A stretch of DNA of 64,000 nucleotides from Botryllus schlosseri (taxonomy: Eukaryota), in NCBI GenBank assembly GCA_051294905.1, contig CM119376.1:23870001-23934000 (forward strand). Reading direction: 5' to 3'. The position numbers and the translations under genes are program-made. Under the pieces are notes generated by a model. The model did not search any database. It worked only from the letters and a program-made list of their open reading frames with translations, and was not told where the DNA came from. Within the stretch, counting starts at the first letter, position 1, and each line of letters opens with the position of its first letter. Positions 26,131-43,973 of the stretch are shown here, one piece after another.

Positions 26131-29100
26131 TCATGTAAGGATATCGGTGGCTTTCTGTTCGACGGTTCTCTCCATTGCAGTGACGTCTTTGCACCAATCG
26201 TCCAGCCGTTCCTTCATTCGACCGATCTAGAACAGGATGTATTGTTTATACATGCTGACAGGCTGTCAGGATTGCTCAAGGCTCGTCTAAAAAGCCTGTG
26301 CGCCTAATATATGGCCTGGTCGATATGTGACGCACTGATGTTGGGGGGCATGAGAAGTCAAATGGCGTTGAAAAAAGTTCCTATCTCCATATGCGATACA
26401 TTGCTTATAGCTCTATGCCAGTGGTTCTTAACCCAGAGTCCGCGAAGCATTTTAACGGGGTCCGCGAAACCTCTAAATTTGCAACATGATTAATGATCTT
26501 ATTTGTAATTTTCTAGGGAAATCGCAAGGCATTTTCGATTTATAACTGCTTAAACGTCAGGACTCACAGCAACTGAACGGTCGTCTGAGACGTTCGCGTT
26601 CTGTGTGTGATCCGCAAGAAATTTAGAGGTTCACGTTCACAAACGAACCTTGGTAGGTTCTGCACTGTGAACCTTTTTCATATATTACAATATTTCACAT
26701 TACGTTCTAACATCTTTGGTTGAAATTCTTTGCATTCAACTTCAGACCACTCTCCATATGGTGCTAGCAGTATAAAAAAATCACACACACTAAACGAGGA
26801 TACATCTTGTAAAATTCAATTATTTTACTTGCTTTGTTATAAAAATTAGTTCAAAATGTTCCGCTTTCCATTTCTGAATATTTAGTGATTCTCTGCTGTG
26901 AGCTTGGCCCGCAATCACACAACATCAAGAACGAAATACATGTAGGTAGAGTCAATCAATGAAATTGATGTATAGAATACATCGCTGTCTAATGTAAAAA
27001 GTCTAGCGGGCGTTCGGGATCTATCTTGATATGATATGTACACTGTATCATAAAAACCAAATTCAGGCGATTGGGGGTGACAAAAAGGTTGAGAACTACA
27101 GCTCTATGCTATCAACTTGTCCAGTCTATGTCCGCATACACTACTAGTATTTTCTAGTTAACCCTTGAATTTTAGTTTAACCGATCACCAGACCACATCT
27201 ACTTTACCGAATGCAACAATTCAGTTCACTGCTAATTCACGGACACCCAATTTGATAACGAATCACAGTTGAACACATTCCAAAATAAATTGCATGATAT
27301 ACCTGTTGCTTATCAAGAACTCTCGGCTGCACCCAGGTCATGTGAACCTTCTCCGTTACTTGATCGATAGTTCCCTTGACTAGTCCCAACGACATTGCCT
27401 TCATTGCGAGAACCTCCACCTCGTTCATCGGAATACCGGTACTGGAAGCAATTTCTTGAAAGGTAATTTGACGATGATTCGCGGGTCTGGTGAAAGTCAT
27501 CTGGGAAAGAAGAGTAGACTTCAAAATCCTGCATCCCACGTCACATTCTATGTAGGCAGATAGCAAGGTGGGACAGTCTGTGGGTCCATGAAGCGAAGTC
27601 ATGCCCTGCGCTCGTCACTATCACAGTCGGACGAAAATTTTGAGCTTTTTCAAAATCAGACTAGAATTAGACTTGCCAAATTTGCAACATCGTCAAAATT
27701 GAATCCAGTTCTGAATTAGTAAGAACTTCAACAAAAGTCAAGTTCATGAGCATGGGAATGGCAAATGTCAGTACACCAAGTTTTGCTCGTTTTGCATTGA
27801 TAGAGTTCTCCTGTAGCATTTTCAGCAGAACCAGAAGTTAGATTAGAAGTAATTTTAGATCGTAGAAACATTTCACAAATTAGATTAGCGGTAATTAGTC
27901 AATTAGAATTATTATTCATCCAAGTCTGGTCAATATAATACTAAATCGTATACAGATGACACTAATTAGTCAATCCACTTTCAAATTACATCATCACGAT
28001 GTCATAAAAGGAAATTCTACGACCACATTACCTCCATGAGACACAGCAACATAATCTTCTGTCTCAAGCTCAGCTCGTTAGCAGCAAGGTCAGGCTGCAA
28101 AATAGCCACAAGCGGTCAGATATTTCTGCGTCAACCTAGCGGAAACGCCAATCACAAACTTGAGCTATCCAAGCTGCCTTGATGCCTTCCATCTTCGCGA
28201 TATCTCCGCTGTTGAAGGCGTAAAGCAGATCAATGAGCCATTGTCTAGGAGTGTCTTTCAGCGATTCCAGAACCGGATGTTGTAACTAAAATATGAAGAA
28301 TTCAATTTTGTTTGCTACCGCATAACGATCCAGTGTACCATACCGACCTCTCAAACAGCGGTACAAAATTATAACATGCGAAAACTTACCAACTCTCCGA
28401 AATTGTAAATTTCATTTCCAAGCAAACCGGCCAGTCCCAGGAAGAAAGCCCGTTCCTGTTTTTCTTCAACTAGAAAATCACATTGTTTCACACAAGGGTA
28501 TCAGTCAACATAATGCCGACGTACTTGGTATAGCATCCAGGTCGGCGCAACCCAAGAATCGCAAGGCATCCTTGTAGTATTCGTTGTGATTGCCTAAAGC
28601 TTGATGGTAGTTGCTGCTCAGTTCGTAAAACCGCGAGTGCACCGTCGTCACTCCGTGAAGAGTGTTCAATAGTTGCTCACACTCCTCAATGACAGCCTGT
28701 TACAATGCAAAAAATTATCGGTCAACGCAAATTCAAACTACCAATGACCGATGCCAACAAAGGTAATTAAAGATTCATAAAATCTTATTTGAAAAACCTG
28801 GAGGTACAGAACTTCGATATACAATTGAATGATGTATCCATATTGGAATAAACCCGAAAATTTTCGGCTTACGCTCGTTCTGGACATGATGCTGAAGATT
28901 TCGCTTCACGGGAGTCAGTTGAAAATATTCAGATTATTTCCATAGGGATATAGGCCTATTGTATAAATATGAATATATTACCGTACGGTATGCAAATCTT
29001 ATTTGTCTCACCTTGGTATCTTTTCTGTTTCCGCTAGCAAGATGGATGTTGCCTTGAGCGGTGAGACATAATATTGTTGCCTCTACCGAAGATTTCACTT

Positions 29101-30303
29101 TATCTTTGATTTTTGTCAAAAATGCTATTGCCTCTTCAGCATCTGAATTGCGGATTTCAGCAAAGAGTCACACATTGGAAAGAAATGATCATGTATCCTC
29201 AATAAAATACTGTACTGGTTTATGCTATTTTTTCAAGTATTTGTTAATAGAATATAAAGTCCTGTATCATCAATCCATTGTTATTGAGTAAGGAAAAAAA
29301 CTCAACGACAGCAGTGAATAAGACGTACGATACAAAAGACTCACCGGTGTACTGTCTGATGACGTATGGACATAAGATTTCGACAAGTGACAAAGGATTG
29401 ATTTTCTGCTCAAATTCTGACAGAAAGTTTTTGTACATGTCAATTAAATGTGTCCCGCCAACGTAGTATGGTAACTTCACAATGTCCAGGAGAGTTTCCG
29501 TAAGCTGGTGCCATAATCTGCAATATAAGCAATATTTCAAGTCTATATAATCAAGTCAAATCATGAAATTTTGGACTATACATACTTCAGTATTACATAA
29601 ACTGAAATGATATAGAGCAAATATAACGACTTCAACTCAATTCATCAGAATATTCATTGCATATCAGTGTTATTTTAGTTAATTTACAAACAGCAAATGT
29701 TTCAATAAAACCAATTAAAGAGCTTCTTGGAGGTACAGAACTTCAATATACAATTAAATAGTATATTCATATTGAAATGAACCCGAATATTTTCGGCTGA
29801 CACTCGTCAGGGGTAATCGTCAGCAACTACTAGTACTACTACTACTAGTACTAATACTAATACTAATACAGTACTAGTACTAGTAGTTGCTGACGATTAC
29901 CCCTGACGAGTGTCAGCCGAAAATATTCGGGTTCATTTCAATATGAATATACTATTTAATAACCAATTAACCATAATACCATTGCCTGGGCAAATACAAA
30001 CGGTTTGACGATTGAAACGAGGCTACTATGGTGTGTACGATTGCATATACATTCGTCCCAACCTCTCCTACTCCTACCGAAAGAAGTACGTCAAGTAGCC
30101 TAACGACCAATCAATCAGTTTTAACAATATTTTCATCGTTTCAAAACACCACAAAACTGCAATACCATATACCAGCAGCATACTGTGTTCTTATCTACTT
30201 ACTTGCGTGAATAATAGTTTTCAACAGTCGCCCATTTTTCTGAGACGTCTGGCGGACTGTTACTTTGCTCATCTTTCAAAAATGTCGCTGTTTCTCCCAT
30301 CAT
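26131..30303 (-). CDS. PSMD13: 26S proteasome non-ATPase regulatory subunit 13 (Rpn9)
   Basis: Exons read [13 protein letters not shown]...[11 protein letters not shown](K/R)|LWHQLT...[20 protein letters not shown]; the PCI domain reads [35 protein letters not shown]; the last exon (26131-26226) reads [31 protein letters not shown]. Confidence 0.95.
28799..28895 (-). mobile_element. Degenerate Penelope-like terminal repeat relic (PSMD13 intron 3)
   Basis: Diverged match to the reverse complement of 39465-39555. The hammerhead-equivalent segment has a damaged core (CAGAACGA...GAAA ATTT TC). Confidence 0.65.
29781..29814 (-). ncRNA. Minimalist type I hammerhead ribozyme motif (left arm; sense to the PSMD13 pre-mRNA)
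   Basis: The minus strand reads ACCC-CUGACGA-GUGUCAGCC-GAAA-AUAU-UC-GGGU. Confidence 0.7.
29899..29932 (+). ncRNA. Minimalist type I hammerhead ribozyme motif (right arm)
   Basis: ACCC-CUGACGA-GUGUCAGCC-GAAA-AUAU-UC-GGGU; predicted cleavage after 29928. Confidence 0.7.
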
Positions 30304-30606
30304 TTTCACTCGCAGTATACCGTGATCCCTAACGAAATCCGATGGTCGGCAGCACGATTCCGATTTTGAAGTCTGAAATGTAAATTCGTCGAGTCATGTA
30401 AAATATGCTGACTAAATCATTTATTTACTTTGAAAAGCAATGGCCCGCAACGACAGAGCAAAAAAGTTAGATACCTCATTTCTGTAAAATTTTGGCAATA
30501 TACCATTGCATTCGGATATTTTTGCGAAAGTAAAATCTTTCCTTTGAAACTTTTCGAAATTTTGTCGTCACAAATTACCAATATTGAAGCTGATCCTGTC
30601 TCTGAC

Positions 30607-30632
30607 GTTGCATAGCAACGCTCCTAGCAACA
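30607..30632. promoter_or_regulatory. RFX X-box-like motifs in the divergent PSMD13/ODF3-like promoter
   Basis: Near-palindrome GTTGCATAGCAAC (30607-30619) followed at once by GCTCCTAGCAAC. It lies upstream of an axonemal gene. Confidence 0.45.
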
Positions 30633-31291
30633 TACGCCGCGACAAAAATTCTTTTATTTTAAGTCCAGTTTTGTCGCCAATGCAGTTGAACTAGTTGCGG
30701 CTGATCGTACCGATACCGGGCATGCATCAACTGATTAGTTTTGATTTCTACGCATATCTCGGGTGTCATAGGCCAGAAGTATGATTTATTCAATAGTACC
30801 GGTACTTCATGAGTCTGTAAAGAACTACAACGGACACTTCAGTGTTAAATGACTCATTATACCTCTAATTAGCGTAACAATGAGGCGAATGAACTGCCTT
30901 ATACAAATGTTTTGTGTGAGTCTTGTGCCCATGTATTCTTTTTATAATTTAAGGTCATACCAATTCTGTATGTTAGATCTATAGCACTAATTACAGTAAT
31001 GATATTTCAGTAAGAAATGTTAAGTCCGGTACAGTGTAAATGCTGAGGCTTATTCTTAGCACCAGTATCTTAGAGCATCTTTTACCAGTAAAGGTAATGC
31101 CATTTAACCGTATCAGGAGATATACATCGTGATTCAAGCATTACACATGGATTTTTGTCAAAAATGGCTAATCAATTCCCTTGTATATTAAGTTAGTAAC
31201 TATTAATTCTTCAATATCCATTTTTTATACAGTAGCCTAATGAATTAATACATAACAACATAGTAATATTGAAAGGATTGGCCCACTATAA

Positions 31292-37181
<5,890 letters not shown>

Positions 37182-37853
37182 CGAACCAATTGTAAATCAA
37201 TGTATCTTGGTAGCAAACAGTCAAGTCCCTCTGTCATTATCTGATTTTACCTATAAGACACTCCCATGGCCGAGTGATTTTCCTACTTTCAAGCAAGATT
37301 ATGTGCTAATCCCAATCACTGTCAAGAGTTGTTTTTGTTACTGCTTGTGGTCAATCCCGCTGTTAACGTCAAGTTTATGCAAAATGTGACGTATTCTCCA
37401 TATCCGACTACTACTTATCATAGGACACGTGTAGAATCTTCTCCAAATTTTGGCCGTATCGAGCAATTCATTGTAATTGTTACGCACACTTCCACATGCC
37501 TGTTAATTCCTATCAGTGCGCCGAGATCCCATACTGCCCCACCATCACTGCACTAACAATGTAATTCTGTTCGCGCAACAGTCCACAGTTTGTTGAAAAT
37601 GTTGAGATATTGAAACTGCCGTTGAATATGTATGAATAAAACTCTTAAGCACAGCATATAATTCCCTAGTAGTTCCTGTAGTCTGTCATACTGTTCCAAT
37701 TGCACTAGTGAACCCCTGTAATACCTATTGATATTTAATAAAGTGAAGTTATGTTGACGAGTGCTCTGTATTTATTGCGACGCAAAATGGTAAAAGAGAA
37801 TATTATATAATTTCAAACTGCAGCTGCATAAAAGAATCTGTAATTTCAAACAG

Positions 37854-40800
37854 CTATTCCTTTCTCACAACGATGCTGTTTGCAACTAGGTCATAAGTTG
37901 CCCGGCAGTGTTTGTAGAATAGCATAGACAGAAACACCGGAACCACAAATGTGATAGAGAAGTTTTTTAGCAGCGCCCGTATCCAACAACTGTAAAAACA
38001 CGAAGAGCAATTAATGAGAAGTCTTCTGTCAAGAAGTTTAATTAGTTTAGTAAGAAACATGCATGAAGAGATATTTAAATTAGACCCCATTTTGGATCAT
38101 CATTCCAAACGCATGCATTCGAAAATTTTCGCCCTGTAACTGTACATTATCAACTATTGTGCACACTGCACATCAGGGTTATAATGACTCGACTCGAGTC
38201 GCGATTTTTTGGTGACCCGACTTGACTCGAGTCATTTTCTTGAAAATGAAAAATGACTCGACTCGAGTCAATTTGCGTATTGACTCGACTTGTACTCGAG
38301 TCATTGCGCATGACTCGGACCAAGTCATATGACTCGAGACTAGGTCTACAAAGACAGGCATATCATCGTAATTTCGAAGGATAGTAAAGGTATCACACTA
38401 TTATTATTTCATCATCAGTACTGATACTTAAAAGTGCTATTGAAAACTGTTACAAGTGAGGAAAATTAGTACATTATGAATGCGAAGCATTCGATATCAC
38501 CGAGCAGAGTTGTAAAACGTGGGTTTCACAATTCACATGTCACTGACTCGGTACTGAACAGTCAACACAACGACTCGGACTCGAGTCAAAACAGTGTGAC
38601 TCGGACTCGACACTCTACTCCGTGACCTGGACTCGGACTTAACTAGGTGGTGAATTGAAAATGACTCGAGTCAAAACTATAAAAGTGAGATTGAATTGCG
38701 ACCCGGAACCTTGTGACTTGGTTACAACCCTGCTGCACATTGTAAACTTAGAATCTTAATTAAGTTAAGGGTGAGCTTTTCACATCGCGTGACGCACGTG
38801 TTCTGATAAATCTGGGGACATGTTGGTTTATGCGGTCCTGCAGACGTCTTGACGTTCTTCCCACGTAGCCACAATCACAGTGGCACCTATATTCGTACAC
38901 TACATTACTTTGTTGAAGTGCAGGAAGCACGTCTTTGCGTGTTGAAGGGAGACGTGCAAAGACGTGCTTCCTGCACTTCAACAAAGTAATGTAGTGTACG
39001 AATATAGGTGCCACTGTGATTGTGGCTACGTGGGAAGAACGTCAAGACGTCTGCAGGACCGCATAAACCAACATGTCCCCAGATTTATCAGAACACGTGC
39101 GTCACGCGATGTGAAAAGCTCACCCTTAACTCATCCACTTAAGATTGATGCTGATCGATCAAAGGCCATTAATTCTGCCATCGGCAAACATCTGTTGGAT
39201 AATCCGATTTGTGCGAATAATTATCGAGACGACCGATTTCGAATCGTAGGTCGAGGTCGTTCACAATTCCATTTGTGTGCCTTGGAATCAACTTTTATCA
39301 AAATACACCAACCAAAACTCTGTCAACAAAAGGAGTTCGTGTATCACCTAAAAATAGTACATTGAACGCTCTCTCATTCGAAATTTCATGCTGGTGACGT
39401 CATATTTTGTGATACGATTGTTGATATACAATGTTCTTTCCAATTCTCTACTAGTTGCTGACGATTACCCCTGACGAGTGTGAGCCGAAAATATTCGGGT
39501 TCATTTCAATATGAATATACTATTTAATTGTATATTGAAGTTCTGTACCTCCAAGAAGCTCTTAAAAATTCATGGAAAATCTCACTTTTTTGTAGGAAGT
39601 TTTGAGCCCGGATACACCATGACTAGCCGCGACTCGACATTGATAGTAGTGCTCACTTTGCACGCTACAACCTTGATTCTCATGACAAGCTTACCCGGGG
39701 TCGCACCATAGGCTGCAAGAAATTGAGCCTGAGAATAAACACCTTGATTAGCTATAAAATATAGGCGCATCGATGCTGTAATTGTTATATTCCCGAACCA
39801 CTTGGAATAGCTTTACTTGTTAGTAAATAATATAGTTGGGTCACTTATCTGTAGGTATGGTATCATTAATGTATCATGTAAATCGAAAATACCTCATTAC
39901 TACTGCCTAAGTTTGTACACAAGTACGAAAGAGTAGTATGGAATTTCTCCAAGCCACGTCATGACGAAAGTCTGATAACAGCGTGTACTATTAAGTTTTG
40001 ATCATTAAAATGAAACAGTGACAATCCCGATCAATTAAAATTTCAACCAAAGAGGTCAAAAAGTAAAATGTGGAATAGGCCTAATACGATGTTGCAACCC
40101 CCACAAAACCTTTGTGCGATCCCATTTAGGGATCCACACTTTCACAGGATGCGAACAGCTGGTCCAGAACAAAGTAATTTCATTTGCAAAGGAAATAAAC
40201 ACATGAGCTAGAGTTGCTATTATTAACTTGATCGTCGTCAAAGAACCCTTATTAATGCGATTTGTGAATTGGATATGTCAAGACTGGATTTGGATTTGCA
40301 ATAAAACATCGAGGATGGTATGATTCGCAGCTGCCATCCTTTGACAATCAGAGCGAAGATGCAGATAATCATCGGTGATACCCCATCTTCGGTAATGTAA
40401 CCCTTACATCAAAGAAACTGCTCATACCTCATACCAGCTGGCAAGTAAACGGTACAATAGCTCCATTAACATCAACGTCCGCAACTCATCAAGTGTCATG
40501 TCTTCGTCGATGTAGTTATCGATAAATGCGTGTCGATATGTGAAATCAAACCTAGGTAAAGTTTGACATTGTAAACAGGATGTTACAATCAATGCAAGGC
40601 AATGAAGGCATACATACTTGGCGTCAGTGGCATATCTATACCATATTAGCATGAACGTTTTGAGAATCAGTAATATCGCAAAGTCTATGAATTCCGCAGC
40701 GATTCTTGACCAGACCGATGCCAATCTGTACGCTGCAATGGACTAAATCGGTCAGAATACCAAAGAATTAACACAAATGTAAAAATACAATACCCCTGTT

Positions 40801-43800
40801 AGGAGGATCGACAGGTGCGCTTTGTTGTGCTGATATACCAGTGTGCGTGGGCATTATATTCTGTACAACAAAGTTCCATATTAAAACCAACAGTCAATTG
40901 CACAGTTCATGATTTGGAATACAATAATTTACACTTTTCGCACAGCCTACCTACCAACTAGCATTGCTCGATTCCTCGAATGAAAGTAAACTTGCTGTGT
41001 TAGAGGAAAAACTAAAAATAGCGACCATATCCTTGAGGACTGAACTCACACTTTGTATAAAGTATAGGATGTAAGGAAACAGGTGCCGTTACCCAAAATT
41101 CAATTAGAAATGGGTCCTAGAATCGTAGTGTCAGTTGTATCTGAATAAGTATTCCATTTATGGTTATACACCTGGGTTATATTTGAATGCATTTGCATGG
41201 TAAGTTTTTAGTGAATAATTCAATTAATAATTCTATCCGAGGATTGTTACTGTTTCATCAAGTCTCTGAATTTCATTATCTCCTAAATCAAGAAGATTAG
41301 ACATTCATCCATCGAGTGTCATAAATTGCAATAAGTAACATGAACTCAAATTGTGAAAGGGGTACAATGTGAAGCAGTGGTTCTTAACCTGGGGGTAATT
41401 ACCCCCAAAGGGGTAATTTACCAATTCTTGGGGGTAATTCGAATTGACGTTTTTTATATGCTTATAACACTGCACTGAAGTATTTTCAAACGAAAATATG
41501 CAGGCTAACTTATATTTTGCAAGCTTGTATATATTTCGTTTTACTTAACACACGTTGCCGGCTGTGTTATCATAGTAACCATTAGTGATTTTGAGTAACA
41601 GGGCCGAATGTAGTTAAGTACAGTGGTGCTACGTATAAGTCCAATTTATTTTGCAGTAGTGTGGATCATATATTGTTGCGCAATGCGCATGCTGACAAAT
41701 TGGAAGACAACAAGGGGGCTTCTAAGTTTAGCTTTACACCTTTGATGCAATAACAATATCGTAGAAATATATTCGTTAGTATTGAAAAGTGTAGTGGTGG
41801 TCTAGTCTAGTTGACCAGTAAAATTAAGTCTGCGAAATCATCAAATTGTCTTTGAAGAGACGATTTTGGAACTTCTTGGGTTCGCCTTCAAAATTATTAA
41901 CCAATTGTTGTCATTATAATAGCATCGAACTTTCTGATTGAATTGCTTTCAACTTATTTCTGTGAGGTAGGATTTCCAGCAATGGTATCTATAAAAACGA
42001 AAAAAGATGTCTATACCTCCCCTTTGTCTAGATTTGACTACTGGATAACATGAAAACAGCATCAGCCTTCCCATTGACTTGATACTTTTAACATGCATTT
42101 CAGTGTACAAGTACATTATTACGTCTTCTTTGTGCTGTTTTACAAATAATTGAGTGCAAGCTGTTACTTGATACCTTTTGAAAGGGGGTAATTGCATCCC
42201 ACCATTTTCTTCTTGGGGGTAACGACATGAAAAAGGTTAAGAACCACTGATGTGAAGAGATACTTACATTAGACGAAGAACCCTGTGTGATCTGTGATTG
42301 GGAATGGAAGAACTGCATAAAGCGATACTGACAACATAATGTGTAGTGAAAGTTGCATATTTTCTGCCATTCTTGCAATTGTTTCATGTATCTGGTGTGA
42401 GCGGCAGCCATCTAAAAATAGATTCAGAATTGCTGAATAATGGGAAGTGAGCAAACTCAAGTTGAAAATATTAAGCTGCAACATTTTGAGGTACATAACA
42501 ACATTTTTATATCGACAATGAAATAATAAATGGAAGTTTCATTTGAGACAGACGTTTCATGTGAGACAGTTGTTTAGTATTCAAATATCAAATACATGAA
42601 CAAACAGTGGACAACCCAGAAATCATAACTATATCAAGGTTTCTGGCTTGGTATTGTTGAAGCAGCTTTGTAAGGGAATTATCATGCTTCACAACAGGAA
42701 CAGTCATTGTGTCCATTTTAACTCAGAAGACAACAGGTTTTTGTCGGATAAATAGCGTTGAATCATATGTCACCAATTGAACTGATCTAAATCAAAATAA
42801 TACACTGTTATTTTGGTTGAATACTATATTCATATTGAAATGAACCCGGTTATTTTCGACTGAACCTCGTCAGGGGGAATCGTCAGCAACTAGTAGAGAA
42901 TTGGAAAGAACAGAGTATATAAATAATCGTATCACAAAATTTGACGTCACCAGCACCTATTTTGGTGTATCAAACGGTATGCTTCTGGACGAAGCCCGCT
43001 GGTTGGCAGCAAAAATAGACACCAGTTGGGAATAAAGCCCGACAGTTTAATGAACCTTCGAGTCACAAGTCATCTCAAATTATCAGATTCTGAGCCAATT
43101 TAAATTCATCCAATATTTTCAATTGGAGTAGTATGAGTTCACGTATGGATAAATATGGAGATGGATCACAGGGCTATTGAGAAAATTAGAGATTTAGTGA
43201 AAGTTTAATTATACTTGTTTTGTTATTCGCTCAAAACATAAATTCATATTATCGAATTATACATCAAGCTTTTCAGTCGACTCTGATGAGACCTAGTGAC
43301 ACGTAACCTACATAGTTATGTATGTAAATTGATGACAATGCTCTATTTAATATAAGTATGCGAGTACAATTCAATGCAACCGACGTTTATTGACTGAAAT
43401 GCTGGAAAGCTATATAAAGACAACGCTGACCTCATATTTGTGTATAGAGGAAATATTATAATGTTTGAATGTGTAGGAAAAATTTGTAACTTAATTTTAT
43501 GTCTCAATTGCTAAGAAAAGATCGACTTTATTCAGACTATCCTCATCAGAACGTCGATTGCGCATTGTGCTGCGACGCTGTCATAACGCTGTCGTAACGC
43601 TGTCGTAACAATGCCGACTTCCAATTAATTTAAATTTTCGGAATCAGTGTCACAGTAGGGCCTACCGGTATACTATAGCTTTCGACATGGTCCGTTTTGG
43701 GTAAATTATTGACTCGAATTGCTAGCTATATGATTATTGTGGTATTATATAAAGAAATAAAATAACACGGTCCTTCTTCTGGCGTTACGAGTCCTCAAAC

Positions 43801-43907
43801 AGCGATCAAAAGTGAGCATCCCTGTAGCACAATTGCAATTGATAAGTGAAATCACAGGTACTCGTACTTACCTCCACCTGCCCTTGATTCTCTTTACCTT
43901 TCGACAT
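37854..43907 (-). CDS. FAM8A1: FAM8A1 (RDD-domain ER membrane protein)
   Basis: Exons include YMKQLQEWQ; VWSRIAAEFIDFAILLILK; IDEDMTLDELRTLMLMELLYRLLASWYE; GATPGKLVMRIKVVAC; and the last exon (37854-37989) IRALLKNFSITFVVPVFLSMLFYKHCRATYDLVANSIVVRKE*. The first exon (43872-43907, MSKGKENQGQVE) is inferred from splice phase. Confidence 0.88.
38174..38732 (+). mobile_element. hAT MITE family A, full copy
   Basis: TIR CAGGGTTATAA / TTACAACCCTG; TSD CTGCACAT. Confidence 0.9.
38763..39562 (+). mobile_element. 5'-truncated Penelope-like retroelement: GIY-YIG endonuclease remnant, 5' inverted duplication and terminal repeat
   Basis: ORF 38964-39365 reads VVYEYRCHCDCGYVGRTSRRLQDRINQH...SAIGKHL...C...F.I...LCALESTFIKIHQPKLCQQ, the PLE GIY-YIG signature with Cys/His ligands. 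Segment 38763-38938 is the reverse complement of 38956-39131. There is no RT left. Confidence 0.9.
39467..39500 (+). ncRNA. Minimalist type I hammerhead ribozyme motif in the PLE terminal repeat
   Basis: ACCC-CUGACGA-GUGUGAGCC-GAAA-AUAU-UC-GGGU. Stem I is ACCC/GGGU, stem III is the self-complementary AAUAUU, and cleavage is predicted after 39496. Confidence 0.75.
41375..42249. mobile_element. hAT (Charlie-like) MITE family C
   Basis: TIR CAGTGGTTCTTAACC / GGTTAAGAACCACTG; TSD ATGTGAAG. A related left end lies at about 26420. Confidence 0.9.
42820..42957 (-). mobile_element. Solo Penelope-like terminal repeat, diverged (FAM8A1 intron 1)
   Basis: Diverged reverse-complement match to about 39385-39525. 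The hammerhead core is kept, but the segment after GAAA is AUAA-CC, so the U of the UH site is lost. Confidence 0.8.
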
Positions 43908-43973
43908 CAGAAAATCTGAGCTTCGGTATCAATATCGAATCTTCCCGGTGTTCATTCGCCGCTGCAGCTGTAC

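Larger units (their letters stand above)
29719..29960. mobile_element. Palindromic Penelope-like terminal-repeat insertion in PSMD13 intron 1
   Basis: Two inverted arms are near-identical to the PLE 3' region at 39449-39562 and are separated by an ACT/AAT-rich spacer. The 10-bp direct repeat AACCAATTAA flanks it at 29709-29718 and 29961-29970. Confidence 0.88.

Noticed and set aside
43281-43310. CTGATGAG motif as another hammerhead (also one at ~14777)
   Set aside because: The downstream GAAA and stems are absent.
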